DNA from: a virus
Lineage: Duplodnaviria; Heunggongvirae; Uroviricota; Caudoviricetes
Length of the DNA: 64,000 nt
IMG/VR virus record: IMGVR_UViG_3300031867_000033
Coordinates: 344-64,343 of that record
Direction: 5' to 3' (one strand)
The position numbers were made by a program, and so were the translations under genes. The notes under the pieces are model-generated. The model saw only the letters and a program-made list of their open reading frames with translations, searched no databases and was not told the origin of the DNA. Positions 19,831-30,361 of this stretch are shown here, one piece after another. Positions within the stretch are counted from its first letter, which is position 1; every line of letters begins with the position of its first letter.

Positions 19831-21584
19831 TATATTCCCTCCATCTCCAAATTTTTATCAATTCTTGTTCTTATATCGTTAAATCTTGTGCGATAAAGAT
19901 TACCATTTTTAAAATAAGGATAAAAAGCACTAATTTTTTCAAAGTTCTTAAATTCTTCTTCATTTAGCTCGCTCTTAACTTTAAGTTCTCCATTTTCCCA
20001 ATAAGGAACACAAAGTCCTTTAAGCGATTTCTTACTACTAAAATTCTTAGGGTCTTTAAAAATTTGAAGTTCTTTTCCGTCAGAAGTCTTTCCATATGTT
20101 GCTTTAATTGCAATTGAAAAAGTATCACGAGTAAAAGGCTTAAGTTCCTTTTTTTCCTCTATTGCTTCCATAGAAAATGAACCAACGCCAAGACTTACAC
20201 AATTTGCTGCGAATCCTTTAAGAGCAAGATTTTCATAAATTTTCTTTGCTCTCTGAATTGTTATAGAGTCTCCATAAACAGCTTTAACTTTGGGATTTAA
20301 TTCTATATAGCCTTTAGAATTTTTATTTCCTCCAAAAAATTCATAAAGGGTTTCAACCATTCCTTTATCCTCATAAGTTGTGTCTCTAAGAAATTTAACT
20401 TCCCATTCCCAAGCAGTTTCATTTCTTCCATCTATATATGCCCTTTGATATATCTTATAAATACCATCAAAGTGCATATATTTAACTCTTATTTCAAAAT
20501 CATGCCCATAGGTATCAAGAATATATTTTACATGACTATCTGCCCAATCTAAAAGTTTTTCCTCAATTTCATTCATTGCGTGATCGTGATATATTTTAAT
20601 TATATCATTCATATCTATTACAGGAATTCCACAAAGTGCAGCAACTGGCTCTGCACTATCATGCCTTAGCCCAATAAAACCTTCATGCTCTTCAATTTCT
20701 TTCTTTAAACTAGGTAATACTTCCGTAGCGATACGCCAAAAATTATAGCTATCTGCAACAGCTGCAAAACTAGTCTTAGGATAAATTTCAGTTAAAAGTC
20801 TACGATAAGTTTCTCTTTCATCACCGCAGATTGCAAAATCAGAAGTCATAACAGAATGTTCAGTAGAAGTCAAACCTCCAATTATAACAGGTTCAACATC
20901 TTTATAAATTTCCTTAATTTCAAATCTTGCTCCAACAGTAGAAGAATTATAAAAAGTAGTAAGCCAACCAAGTGAAGAATTAACTGCGCTTTCATAACTC
21001 TCTTGACCACGCATTGAAAAATCACAGCATCCTCTCTTCCAAGTGTCTACATTATCAACTGTCATATTATAGTAATATTTAACAATCTTTCCATATTCAT
21101 ATCCAACAGTTGCACTTATAGAGGGATGCCATATCAGACATGAAAGCAAACTTTCAATGCTTTGTGCTACAAAACAAAAATCTTTATGTGTAGAGCGAAT
21201 TTCAATTGCAGGAACTTGCATAGGAACGAGAGTTCCCTCAGGGAGTGCATTAACTTCAATAGGAAGATAGCCAAGATCATGAAGTGCTAAAACTTTTTCT
21301 AAAGTTTTGTCTACTACTTCTTTAGTATATCCAAGGCCATTCATTAAAACATCATAATATTCTTGTTTAATTTGTTCCTTTGAAACATCAAAAAACGTTT
21401 CATTAAAATCTTTATATAAATATTTGTAACAAAAACTACTAAGTCCAAAAAACACCATTTTATCTATTTTTTTCAATCTAGATGAACGTGGAGTTAAATA
21501 AGAAGTAAAATGAACTAATTCTGGTCTATATTGATTTAGATGAGTAAGCTTATAAAAATCTGTCTTTAACATTGAATTATACAT
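19830..21584 (-). CDS. nadV: nicotinamide phosphoribosyltransferase (Nampt/NadV-like)
   Basis: 584-aa protein of the Nampt/NAPRTase family by overall sequence; RBS AAGGAG; start overlaps stop of upstream endonuclease gene. Confidence 0.65.
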   Translation of the reverse strand: MYNSMLKTDFYKLTHLNQYRPELVHFTSYLTPRSSRLKKIDKMVFFGLSSFCYKYLYKDFNETFFDVSKEQIKQEYYDVLMNGLGYTKEVVDKTLEKVLALHDLGYLPIEVNALPEGTLVPMQVPAIEIRSTHKDFCFVAQSIESLLSCLIWHPSISATVGYEYGKIVKYYYNMTVDNVDTWKRGCCDFSMRGQESYESAVNSSLGWLTTFYNSSTVGARFEIKEIYKDVEPVIIGGLTSTEHSVMTSDFAICGDERETYRRLLTEIYPKTSFAAVADSYNFWRIATEVLPSLKKEIEEHEGFIGLRHDSAEPVAALCGIPVIDMNDIIKIYHDHAMNEIEEKLLDWADSHVKYILDTYGHDFEIRVKYMHFDGIYKIYQRAYIDGRNETAWEWEVKFLRDTTYEDKGMVETLYEFFGGNKNSKGYIELNPKVKAVYGDSITIQRAKKIYENLALKGFAANCVSLGVGSFSMEAIEEKKELKPFTRDTFSIAIKATYGKTSDGKELQIFKDPKNFSSKKSLKGLCVPYWENGELKVKSELNEEEFKNFEKISAFYPYFKNGNLYRTRFNDIRTRIDKNLEMEGI

Positions 21585-22470
21585 ACATTCCTCGCTCCTT
21601 TAAATAATCTAAACTTATATTTTTTATATCATAATAAGGTATTGTAATTAATTTTATACCATTTATACTACAATAATCTTCTTTTTTTAAATCATAACGC
21701 TGCTATCTTTTTAAATAGTTTTCTCCTCCAAAGTATTCAATTGCCTAATAATGTTGAATACCATTAAATTCAATTAAATTAACAAGCTATCCCTATGAAT
21801 TATATATTCCAAAATCAAAACGTAAAGAGATTTTATCACCTTTTAAATCTGGAAAGGTTATTTGTGTCTTATAACTAATATTATTATTTTCAAAAATTTC
21901 TTTCAATTTTAATTCTCCCGCAGATGAAGAGCCACACCATTGACATCCATTGAAGTCTTGATTGATAATATGATCTCGTCTAACTGAATATAGGGTAGGA
22001 TTTCCACAGTTACACTAAATCCAATAATAAATTGAACTGCTTTTATTGAACTATGGATTTTCATTTCTTTTTATAACTTTATATCTTCCAATTTGCTATC
22101 CTGATAAATCCATAAATTTTCCACCTAAACAGCCACAACTTTTTACTTCTCCAGAAGTTAAATTACTTCCTTTAACAATTACAGGTTCAGGATTACCACA
22201 GTCACATAAACATTTCCAATAAATACAGCCATTCCTTCTTTCTTTTATCTCTTCTATAACTTTTAATTTATTGAATTTCTTTCCTGTAAGATCTATTTTT
22301 CTTCCTAAATGAGAATATTTTAAGTCTGGATATTTTTCAATAATTTTATTCCATATTTTATAGCTATATCTTTGGTATCCCATTTTAAGGAAAAAATCTT
22401 TTTTTGTCTAACTTTCATTTATTAGTTTTTGTAACTATTCTTTACTATAATTCTACCATTTGCTAGGCAT
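21578..22470 (-). CDS. HTH + Zn-ribbon-repeat + DUF559 (PD-(D/E)xK) endonuclease-like protein, family copy D (~297 aa, 14 in-frame TAG)
   Basis: RBS TTAGGAGGGG; repeats YWKCLCDCGNP...KSCGCL; C-terminal RFDFGIYNSQGQLVNLIEFNGIQHY; track has only fragment 22096..22383. Confidence 0.6.
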
Positions 22471-22650
22471 AATTATCCCCTCCTAATTCTTTTATTTATT
22501 TCGTAAAAGTTATTATAGAAATATCTTTTTTTCTTTATTTCTATAATAATTATAGCAAAAATTCTTTAAAAATACAAATCTTTTTTAAAAATTTTAACCT
22601 ATATTACGCCGCGGCGCACTGTAGAACAAATACTAATAGTATAAAATATA

Positions 22651-23130
22651 TTATAAAAAATCAAAATAATCTTTTTTGACCCTTCTTTTATTATATTCTT
22701 GTTTTAAATCTTTTACTAAACTTTTAGTTCTTTGTATCTTATCTTGTTTATCTTTTGAAACTTGTTTAATAAACTTTGCTTTATCTCTAAAAATAGCTTC
22801 TTCCTCTGGGGTTAATCCTAATTCTATCAATTTACTCATTAATTCATTTAATTGTACTTTTAATTCATCTAAGGTTAATGATCCATCTTTACAATTGGTA
22901 TAAAAATAAAAATGATTATCTGAATCATAAACAATATAACCTTTATCTATCAATTCAGTTTTCGCTCTCTTTGCAGTACTTTCACTTACGTCATAACTTT
23001 TCTAAAAGTCTTTTGGTGAATAAGCAAAGTCATAATTATCCTAATTTTGAGCAAAATATAAATATAATTTTAATGCACTTGGAGTTAAATTCTTTGCTGC
23101 TTCTTGAAGTTCTTCAATAGAAATCTGCAT
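22651..23130 (-). CDS. winged-helix DNA-binding protein (replisome-organizer / Rep-N-like), 2 in-frame TAG
   Basis: RBS CAGGAGGG-ATG at 23128-23130; ALKLYLYFAQNQDNYDFAYSPKDFQKSYDVSESTAKRAKTELIDKGYI. Confidence 0.55.
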
Positions 23131-23369
23131 AAATGGCTTCCCTCCTGTTTTATCAATACGTTTTTTAATCGTACCATTATGCTAATTTGCATACGTCATA
23201 TTAACAACTCCCATTTTTTATTTTATTTACTCCTCTTCAATAATGAATAATAATAAAGATAGGAGGAGGTGGGAGTAAACCTCCTTTTAAATAGAGTAGC
23301 TAATTCTATTTCCTATCATATATTATGTAATAATTATATCATAAGAATCTAAAAAAATCAATCATTTTT

Positions 23370-23606
23370 GACCTTTATTTTTGAACTATACGTATCAAAT
23401 TTAAGCTAATTTCAAATGTAGTATAGTTCAATAATGATACATAGTAATTCCAAATTTTAAATTAGGGCTGTATTAAAAATGAACCCGTTCAGAGGTCAGA
23501 AATAATACAGCCCTTATAACAAAATTTAAATAACAAATATATAATATATAATAAATAAATATTATAGATAAAATAGAATTGTGCCCTACGGGCATCCTTT
23601 TTTAAA
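23370..23606 (+). ncRNA. candidate plus-strand structured RNA ending in a strong intrinsic terminator
   Basis: Hairpins GAACTATAC/GTATAGTTC and GGGCTGTATTA/TAATACAGCCC, then TGCCCTACGGGCATCCTTTTTT at 23586-23606; no ORF. Confidence 0.25.
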
Positions 23607-23700
23607 TTTTTAACCTATATTGCGCCGCGATAGCAAACCCTTAGATATAGATATTAAAAATCTATATTAAAGTTTCATCAAGCCGCGGCGCAATGTAAAC

Positions 23701-23727
23701 TAAAAAAGGCTTGGTTTTATCCAAGCC
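23701..23727 (-). terminator. intrinsic terminator GGCTTGG-AUAAAA-CCAAGCC + U-tract
   Basis: Downstream of stop of 23765..24205. Confidence 0.55.
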
Positions 23728-23764
23728 TCCTAAATTTAATACTCTATTTATTATTTCTATACGC

Positions 23765-24205
23765 TTAATAGTCAATAATACTATTAACAAAATCATCGAC
23801 ATTATTTTCAAAGTTGTTTAAAGACTGTAAAGATTCCCAAAGTTTTTCTTTATAATAAGTCGATTGAACCCATTTACATTCCTTATCACTCCAAAAATTC
23901 AAACCCACTTCCATACAAGTGGTATTTATTTCCTCTTCTTCCCCAATCTTTTCTATTATACTAAGTACATCTTTGTTTGGAATAAAAACAATAGAATAAT
24001 CATAAATAGCTTTTCCAACTTCATCAACAGACTTAAATATAACCTTTTTCACATCATTGGATATGCCATTCTCACAATCAAAGCCTATATTATCGCCGCC
24101 CCAACATATTATAAAAGAAAAACTTTTATATCTATTTTCATATGCTAAGCACGCTTCCTTTGTTTCAAACCTTCTTCCATTATCACTTTCATAAACAACT
24201 TTCAT
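23765..24205 (-). CDS. hypothetical protein
   Basis: ORF track. Confidence 0.5.
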   Translation of the reverse strand: MKVVYESDNGRRFETKEACLAYENRYKSFSFIICWGGDNIGFDCENGISNDVKKVIFKSVDEVGKAIYDYSIVFIPNKDVLSIIEKIGEEEEINTTCMEVGLNFWSDKECKWVQSTYYKEKLWESLQSLNNFENNVDDFVNSIIDY

Positions 24206-24298
24206 AAATAAACCTCATTTCTTCTATTTTCATTTTCTATAATAATTATAATAAAATTTTTTTTAAAAATGCAAATATTTTTATGAATCTATAATACA

Positions 24299-24661
24299 TT
24301 ATAAGATAAAATTTTCTCTTCTTAATGTATTCATATAGCGTATACACATTAGTGTTATTTCATGATAATTATTATTTTCAGCGATAACAATAAGATCATC
24401 TAAAAATGCATCATAAGACCCTGATTTTAAAAGAACTTCAAAAAATTCATATGCTTTATAATAATATATGTATTCAAGCATCAAAAACCCTGTTTCATCT
24501 GGAAAAACATAAAACAAATGTCTAAACAAAGAATGTCTGTCTCTAGCCAATTCATGTGTCTCTGGTGCCCATGTAATAAAAGAACTTCTTCCTAGGTAGC
24601 TAGTAGTTCGAATGCCCCATTCAAATTCTTTAAATCTAAAGGTTATAACTTTATTTATCAT
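24299..24661 (-). CDS. hypothetical protein
   Basis: ORF track. Confidence 0.5.
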   Translation of the reverse strand: MINKVITFRFKEFEWGIRTTSYLGRSSFITWAPETHELARDRHSLFRHLFYVFPDETGFLMLEYIYYYKAYEFFEVLLKSGSYDAFLDDLIVIAENNNYHEITLMCIRYMNTLRRENFIL

Positions 24662-24710
24662 TACTTTCTCCTAATAATAAAAGGCTTAGATAAAATCTAA
24701 GCCTTGATTG

Positions 24711-25106
24711 TTAAGGTGCAATAAGTTCATCAATATCTGTCTGAACATCAGCAATTTTCTTGCTAATTGTTGTTCCAAAATCAAAACAGTCGGCATATTC
24801 TCTGTAAATAGCTTCCGTAATCTCATTGGTAAGAACTCTAAAAGCTTTAAATGCCGCCCTTACTGCCTTAGCTCTTGCAATAGCCTTCGCCGTCTCAATA
24901 TCGGAGTTATCTCCCTTTTTAAGCCTTGCAATGCCCTTGTATTCAACATTGATAGTATTCTTAGGCTTCTCACCTCTAAGACCTATATAAAGAGCAGTAT
25001 AGCGCTTAAGTTCATCATTCTCCATAGCAGGCTCAGCAAAGCAAATAACAGCGCCATCATTGATCACATAACGATAAGTAAACTTCATTCTAAATCTCTT
25101 AAACAT
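24711..25106 (-). CDS. hypothetical protein (locally higher GC)
   Basis: ORF track. Confidence 0.55.
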   Translation of the reverse strand: MFKRFRMKFTYRYVINDGAVICFAEPAMENDELKRYTALYIGLRGEKPKNTINVEYKGIARLKKGDNSDIETAKAIARAKAVRAAFKAFRVLTNEITEAIYREYADCFDFGTTISKKIADVQTDIDELIAP

Positions 25107-25125
25107 AATATTTTCTCCTTTTTAA

Positions 25126-25584
25126 TTAGTCCTTATTTTCATCAAAAACCATATTAAGAAAATCAACAAAACTTATATCAGTCTTGTTACTATAATTAGC
25201 ATTAGTCTTAGTCTTTTCATTTACACCTATCTCATTAATAAACTCATTAAGAATATTAACAAATTCATTATTTTCATTACTCTTATTCTTATTTTTATTC
25301 TCTACTGACTTTTCGCAAGTTTTGTTAGAAGATTCTCTAGGAATGGCTGTCTTCTTTCCGTGTTCAAAAAAATTAAAATTATAAGTAATATTTATGAGAT
25401 TGGAATACTTTTCATTAAAAGCATCAATTTCATATTCTACATCAGAAATTTTTTCTTTAATCATATCAAGGTCTTCATTCATATAATATTTCTGCTGCTC
25501 TTCCTCCTGATGACCACTCAAATGATCAATAAGTTCGGCAATATTATTAAAAACCTCTCCACAAATTGAACACTTATATTCCAT
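25126..25584 (-). CDS. hypothetical protein with N-terminal C2H2-like Zn-finger (CSICGEVF...HLSGH)
   Basis: ORF track. Confidence 0.5.
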   Translation of the reverse strand: MEYKCSICGEVFNNIAELIDHLSGHQEEEQQKYYMNEDLDMIKEKISDVEYEIDAFNEKYSNLINITYNFNFFEHGKKTAIPRESSNKTCEKSVENKNKNKSNENNEFVNILNEFINEIGVNEKTKTNANYSNKTDISFVDFLNMVFDENKD

Positions 25585-25586
25585 AA

Positions 25587-25981
25587 TTACTTATCCTCCT
25601 TATTAAATTTTGTCTTGGCATCAATAACAGCTTGATTACCAGGAACTCCATCAAATAAATACTCAAGATAACCTATGTATTCATCACTAACTAAATTAAC
25701 AGCGCCACATCTTTCGATGATTTTATTAGTTAATTTAGAACCATCTTCAAGTTCCTTTACTTTTTTCTTTTCAATAACATTCTCACAAATTAAAGAATTA
25801 GTTCCTTTAGCATAAGTCATCATGCCACCACAAATCTTACAACGACAAAACTTAATTCTCTGTGCTGAACGCTTTTGCTCGTCATAAGTCTTCGTCTTCT
25901 AAGTGCTACCTTTTATACCCAGCTTCTTATTGATTTCTTTAAACTCATCTACACCATAATACTTACGTCCATTACTCATAA
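25587..25981 (-). CDS. hypothetical Zn-ribbon protein (131 aa, 1 TAG joins track ORF to its N-terminus)
   Basis: ATG at 25979-25981; CRCKICGG motif. Confidence 0.45.
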
Positions 25982-26009
25982 TTATCTCTCCTTTAATTAA
26001 AGCTCTTCT

Positions 26010-26210
26010 TCAAAGCAATATTGAAGATATATCATCATTATAATCATATGAATCCTCATGATCTTGCTGACGTCTTCTTCTAAATTGTTGATGACGCTTC
26101 CTATCAGCCTTTCCATTAAAATCCTTCTTCTTTTTACGTCGTTCTTTATCTTTTTCTTTATTTTGACGACGTTCATCGTAAGAGCGCTCCACTCTTATCT
26201 CATTATTCAA
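26010..26210 (-). CDS. small highly basic Arg/Lys-rich protein
   Basis: ORF track. Confidence 0.4.
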   Translation of the reverse strand: MNNEIRVERSYDERRQNKEKDKERRKKKKDFNGKADRKRHQQFRRRRQQDHEDSYDYNDDISSILL

Positions 26211-26391
26211 TTGCTTCCTCCTCCATTATTTCAGCTATAAGATTATCATCAATATAATTCTCAAATATTGCATAATCTTCAACTTGTATAAAATCAAAGC
26301 TATCCATAAAATCTTTTCTCCTTTTAATTTTAATTTTCTTTCCGATTTTCTATAATAATTATATCAAAAATTTTTAAAAAAATCAAATATT

Positions 26392-26877
26392 TTATAGCTT
26401 ATATGCAAGGAATAACACGCATTCTTCTCTTTCTATTTGCTCTAATATTTGTTTTACTTCATTCCAGTCTCCTCCGCCGCGACAACAACCAATTTGAAAA
26501 GGAATAGCTATTGGTATCTGTGCATAGTTAGGGAGTAAATCAGATTCTCGAATTCTTCTTATCGCATTAATAAACCCATTCTTTAATGCTTCATAATTTG
26601 TATATTGGTGTCCATCATATCCATAGCCATATTGTCCAAAGATATTAATTACTTCACGAATATCATTTACTTGAACAATTAAAGAATGACCTAACATTTC
26701 TTTCCCCGGCAGTATGTCTTTATTTATTTCAATAAAATCTTGATACTTTTCAAAAACAATAGGATAAGTTTCTCGTATTTGCTTAGCAACTCCAGAATTC
26801 ATTTTACCCATACAATTTACTTGATGGGCAATATAAATACAAGAACTCTTTAACAAATCTCCATTTATTATCTCCAT
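26392..26877 (-). CDS. Macro domain protein (ADP-ribose binding / processing)
   Basis: IAHQVNCMGKMNSGVAKQI fits the macro-domain nucleotide-binding motif; start at MEIING. Confidence 0.6.
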   Translation of the reverse strand: MEIINGDLLKSSCIYIAHQVNCMGKMNSGVAKQIRETYPIVFEKYQDFIEINKDILPGKEMLGHSLIVQVNDIREVINIFGQYGYGYDGHQYTNYEALKNGFINAIRRIRESDLLPNYAQIPIAIPFQIGCCRGGGDWNEVKQILEQIEREECVLFLAYKL

Positions 26878-26878
26878 A

Positions 26879-27661
26879 TTACCTCCCAAGCATTAACTTA
26901 ACTTTTTCATTGACAAGCCAAGAGGGAAACTCATTGAGAAGATTAAAATAAGTAATTTTATCAATTCCTTCAACAATAAAGAAATCAGCATTGTCTACAT
27001 AGCGTCCTTCCATATCATCAAGTTTCTGAAGAAAATCAAAGTCATCATCAATTCCTAATCCAACAAACTGCCAGAAAATTGGAAGTCTGGATGCTTCCTT
27101 TATAGTTAATTCTGAATCATTATGATCAAAACAATCTCCATCAGTTAAAAACAAAACATAAGAAGGAAGTTTAGAATTAGAATAATTATCAATGACATTT
27201 TTCATAACGGGAGCATACTCTGTACCACCCATAGAATATCTTATAGTTTCCCTTTCTATATAATTGGTTATATTATTAAGCGTAACATCAGGCAATCTAT
27301 GATACCCATTTTCAAAAATCCAAACTTCCATAGTTCCATTATCATCAAATTCCATAGCCATTGGAAGAATCTTCTCTAGAACTTTCTGAACTGTTCCGTT
27401 GTTATATAGCGGACGCATAGAGCCAGAAAAGTCAAGAACAACTCCTACTTGAGCTTTAAGTCCATTAAGTACGGGCTTCATTAAACAAACTTTATGGACT
27501 TCATCTTTAGCAAGATTTATCTTCTTTGTTAAATCAATAGAAGGTTCAATTGAAATGTTCTGTTTTACATAAATATCAACATCATTTTGATTTTGAATTA
27601 CCTGTCCCGACGCATCATCAATCTTGTTATTCTTATTAAACATCTTATTAAAAAATCCCAT
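26879..27661 (-). CDS. von Willebrand factor A (vWA/MIDAS) domain protein
   Basis: DFSGSM ... T ... LTDGD MIDAS-type motifs. Confidence 0.65.
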   Translation of the reverse strand: MGFFNKMFNKNNKIDDASGQVIQNQNDVDIYVKQNISIEPSIDLTKKINLAKDEVHKVCLMKPVLNGLKAQVGVVLDFSGSMRPLYNNGTVQKVLEKILPMAMEFDDNGTMEVWIFENGYHRLPDVTLNNITNYIERETIRYSMGGTEYAPVMKNVIDNYSNSKLPSYVLFLTDGDCFDHNDSELTIKEASRLPIFWQFVGLGIDDDFDFLQKLDDMEGRYVDNADFFIVEGIDKITYFNLLNEFPSWLVNEKVKLMLGR

Positions 27662-27662
27662 A

Positions 27663-28157
27663 TTAATCTCCTTTTAAATTATTGTTAACAAAAGCTTCAA
27701 TGATTTCAATTATATTTTCAATTTTTTTTCTTTCTTCTCCAGTATACATATATTCAAATTCTTCCCAGTGCCAAAAGCACATATCATCATTACTCAAATG
27801 AATAAAAAAGTTGATTCCTTTCTTTAGCCCGTCAAACATGCGTTCATCTATAATTCTAGCCCATTTAGGGTTGAGAAAGCCAAAAAGAACTTCTGCGGCT
27901 TTATCTGTGTGACAATAAATAATAGAACACTTTATAAAATAATCAAGAATTTTTTCTATTTTATTTGTATGCCAAAAAGCTTCAATATCTATATCATTAA
28001 GCTTTATTTCATTAAATCCCTTATCTTCTATTCCTAAATCAACAAACCAAATATCATTAGATACTGAATTAAGAGCATTGCTATCATAAGTATAACCTTC
28101 TTGAATATTTTCAAACTTAGTTCCATCATAAGCAATATAAATTCTTTTATTATTCAT
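27663..28157 (-). CDS. hypothetical protein
   Basis: ORF track. Confidence 0.5.
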   Translation of the reverse strand: MNNKRIYIAYDGTKFENIQEGYTYDSNALNSVSNDIWFVDLGIEDKGFNEIKLNDIDIEAFWHTNKIEKILDYFIKCSIIYCHTDKAAEVLFGFLNPKWARIIDERMFDGLKKGINFFIHLSNDDMCFWHWEEFEYMYTGEERKKIENIIEIIEAFVNNNLKGD

Positions 28158-28158
28158 A

Positions 28159-28482
28159 TTAAAGCTCCCTTAAGTAATTATAATACTCATGAAAATTCTT
28201 AATAACAGTCCAATTATTGTTACAAGCAGCCATGTTATTATTATATTCGTCAAAATTATCATTACACTCATAGAAAAAATAGCATAGCTCTCCTTCAACA
28301 GCATTTACATTTTTAAATCCACAGGCAATTGCAGAAATAACAAGATTTAAATGAGAATGCTCAGCAAAAGATTCAAAAAAGCCACTACCCAAAACTTCAT
28401 CTACCTTATTATAAAAATCTTCATTTTCATGAAAAGCAACACGAAGTTGATGTATTATAGCAATAAAAGAAGCCTCAGTCAT
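28159..28482 (-). CDS. hypothetical protein
   Basis: ORF track. Confidence 0.5.
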   Translation of the reverse strand: MTEASFIAIIHQLRVAFHENEDFYNKVDEVLGSGFFESFAEHSHLNLVISAIACGFKNVNAVEGELCYFFYECNDNFDEYNNNMAACNNNWTVIKNFHEYYNYLREL

Positions 28483-28788
28483 TTAAACCCCTCCTATGTC
28501 ATAAGAATCATTAATCTCTTCTCCTAAGTAATCAAGTGTCCACTCTATTGCTCCATTACCATCTCTCATTCTATAAATCCATTCAATGCATTCTTTTCCA
28601 ATTTCTTTTTCTGTTATACGGTTTTCTTTAAAATCTTCTGCATAACCTTTAATAAAAGTATCAATGAAATAATCTTGCCAGTTTTCGATCAAATCTTCTT
28701 TTACCTCTTCAGGAGTTACTCCTTCAGCTTCATATTCTCTTTTATCAACAATATCATTGTTATAGTAAAATCTAAGTTCTAAAGCCAT
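28483..28788 (-). CDS. hypothetical protein
   Basis: ORF track. Confidence 0.5.
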   Translation of the reverse strand: MALELRFYYNNDIVDKREYEAEGVTPEEVKEDLIENWQDYFIDTFIKGYAEDFKENRITEKEIGKECIEWIYRMRDGNGAIEWTLDYLGEEINDSYDIGGV

Positions 28789-28870
28789 ATCTTAAAATAC
28801 CTCTTTTCTTATTTTCTATATATATATTATATCAAAAATTTTTAAAAAATACAAATATTTTTATGCTTTT

Positions 28871-29006
28871 ATTCTTACAATTCGCCGCAATATCAACTTT
28901 TTAGACAAGACTTTAAATTTTATCACATTAAGGATTTTCAAAGGGCGCCGGCGCAACGTAAATTTAGCAATAAAATAAAGCACCGCAGTTGATACCGCGG
29001 CGCATT
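28871..29006. repeat. cluster of GC-palindromic elements ending in terminator sub-element AAAGCACCGCAGTTGATACCGCGGCGCATTGTAGAT
   Basis: Directly after stop of 29013..29786. Confidence 0.55.
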
Positions 29007-29012
29007 GTAGAT

Positions 29013-29786
29013 TTAAACCTTTATGGATTCCTGTTTAATCCAAGACAATCTTAGTGTATTAGCTGTATAATAATTATCAATTCCATTTTCCTTTAAATTC
29101 TCATAAAATTCTCTTGCAGAAGGCATAGTATGAGTAATATAAAGGTCAACCTGAGCAGCACCCATCTCTCGTAATGCTTTTGCGGCGTATTTATAGGTTC
29201 CGCCACGAATTATCAAATCGTCACGAATGAGTATCTTCTTTCTTTCAATGTCTTCCCTATCTGCGATGATTTCATAGCTAATAATCTCACCAGTATCAAG
29301 ATTACGCTTCTTCATTCCGTAACGATACTTAACATTTGGATATATCTCAGAATATTTTGCTCGACTTCCTTCGTCTGGATAAAAATAAAGGTCATATCCG
29401 CTAGGTAAGGCTGGATACATGATTAAACATTTATTGATAGAACTTTCTACAACTCTGCTATGAGGGTCATAAATTATTACTGTATCAAAATTAGCATCGT
29501 TAATTAGCTGTGCAAAGTATTTAAAAGAAAAAACTTTATCACCTATAGGACGGTCCATTTGAGCATAACAACAAAAATGAATTTTTAATCTATTAGGTTT
29601 AGTATGATATACTAATTCATCATAATACTTCTTGTAAAGCAATAGATTAAAAATATCTTCATTATTTTCAAAAATTAAGGTAAAAGTATCTAGATGGTTA
29701 TGAAGAAAGGTATTAGCTTTATTATAATATTTTTCTCCATTAGGAAAGGTTCCGCCAATTATATTCTCATCATTAAATAAAACCAT
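29013..29786 (-). CDS. phosphoribosyltransferase-fold protein, Prs (ribose-phosphate pyrophosphokinase)-like
   Basis: PRPP-binding motif ILIRDDLIIRGGT; DPHS motif; NAD-salvage neighbourhood. Confidence 0.5.
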   Translation of the reverse strand: MVLFNDENIIGGTFPNGEKYYNKANTFLHNHLDTFTLIFENNEDIFNLLLYKKYYDELVYHTKPNRLKIHFCCYAQMDRPIGDKVFSFKYFAQLINDANFDTVIIYDPHSRVVESSINKCLIMYPALPSGYDLYFYPDEGSRAKYSEIYPNVKYRYGMKKRNLDTGEIISYEIIADREDIERKKILIRDDLIIRGGTYKYAAKALREMGAAQVDLYITHTMPSAREFYENLKENGIDNYYTANTLRLSWIKQESIKV

Positions 29787-29789
29787 AAG

Positions 29790-30350
29790 TTAAATCTCCT
29801 CTCCTATAATATTTATTTGCTGACATTTCATTACTAACATTGCTGCATCATGATCTTCTTTTGTTAATCCTGCACAGCAACTAGCATCGACAGTTATCGG
29901 AAGCCAAGGATAATGTGCCCTGAGCAGACAAGCGTTAGCAGCAATACATATACTCGAAACAAGTCCTATAATTTCAATTTCTTCTAAATAATTAAAATCT
30001 TCAAACTTCTTATTATAAGCTGCCTGTATTGCAAAAGGTAAATCTATATATCCAAAAGTATTCTTTTCAACGACCTGAATATTTGCACCTTCTGCAGCGG
30101 CATAAATTTCAGGATCTATATTCCAACCCTCAGTTCCTTTTATACAATGAGGAATAGGAAGATTCTTCCCTTCAAAAGTTTTAAGATAATTATCATCATG
30201 AGTATCTTTAGTAAAAATAATACAATAATCCTCATTTGCTTTTTGCTTAATTTTTTCAATCATTTTTGGCTTTCTTTTGATTGCCTCTTCATTTCTTAAA
30301 GCTAAATCAAAAAAATCTCTCTGCAAATCTATACAAAGTAATATCTTCAT
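29790..30350 (-). CDS. isochorismatase-family cysteine hydrolase, nicotinamidase (PncA)-like
   Basis: LLCIDLQRDFF N-terminal motif typical of PncA/isochorismatase fold. Confidence 0.6.
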   Translation of the reverse strand: MKILLCIDLQRDFFDLALRNEEAIKRKPKMIEKIKQKANEDYCIIFTKDTHDDNYLKTFEGKNLPIPHCIKGTEGWNIDPEIYAAAEGANIQVVEKNTFGYIDLPFAIQAAYNKKFEDFNYLEEIEIIGLVSSICIAANACLLRAHYPWLPITVDASCCAGLTKEDHDAAMLVMKCQQINIIGEEI

Positions 30351-30361
30351 TCTAATCCTCC

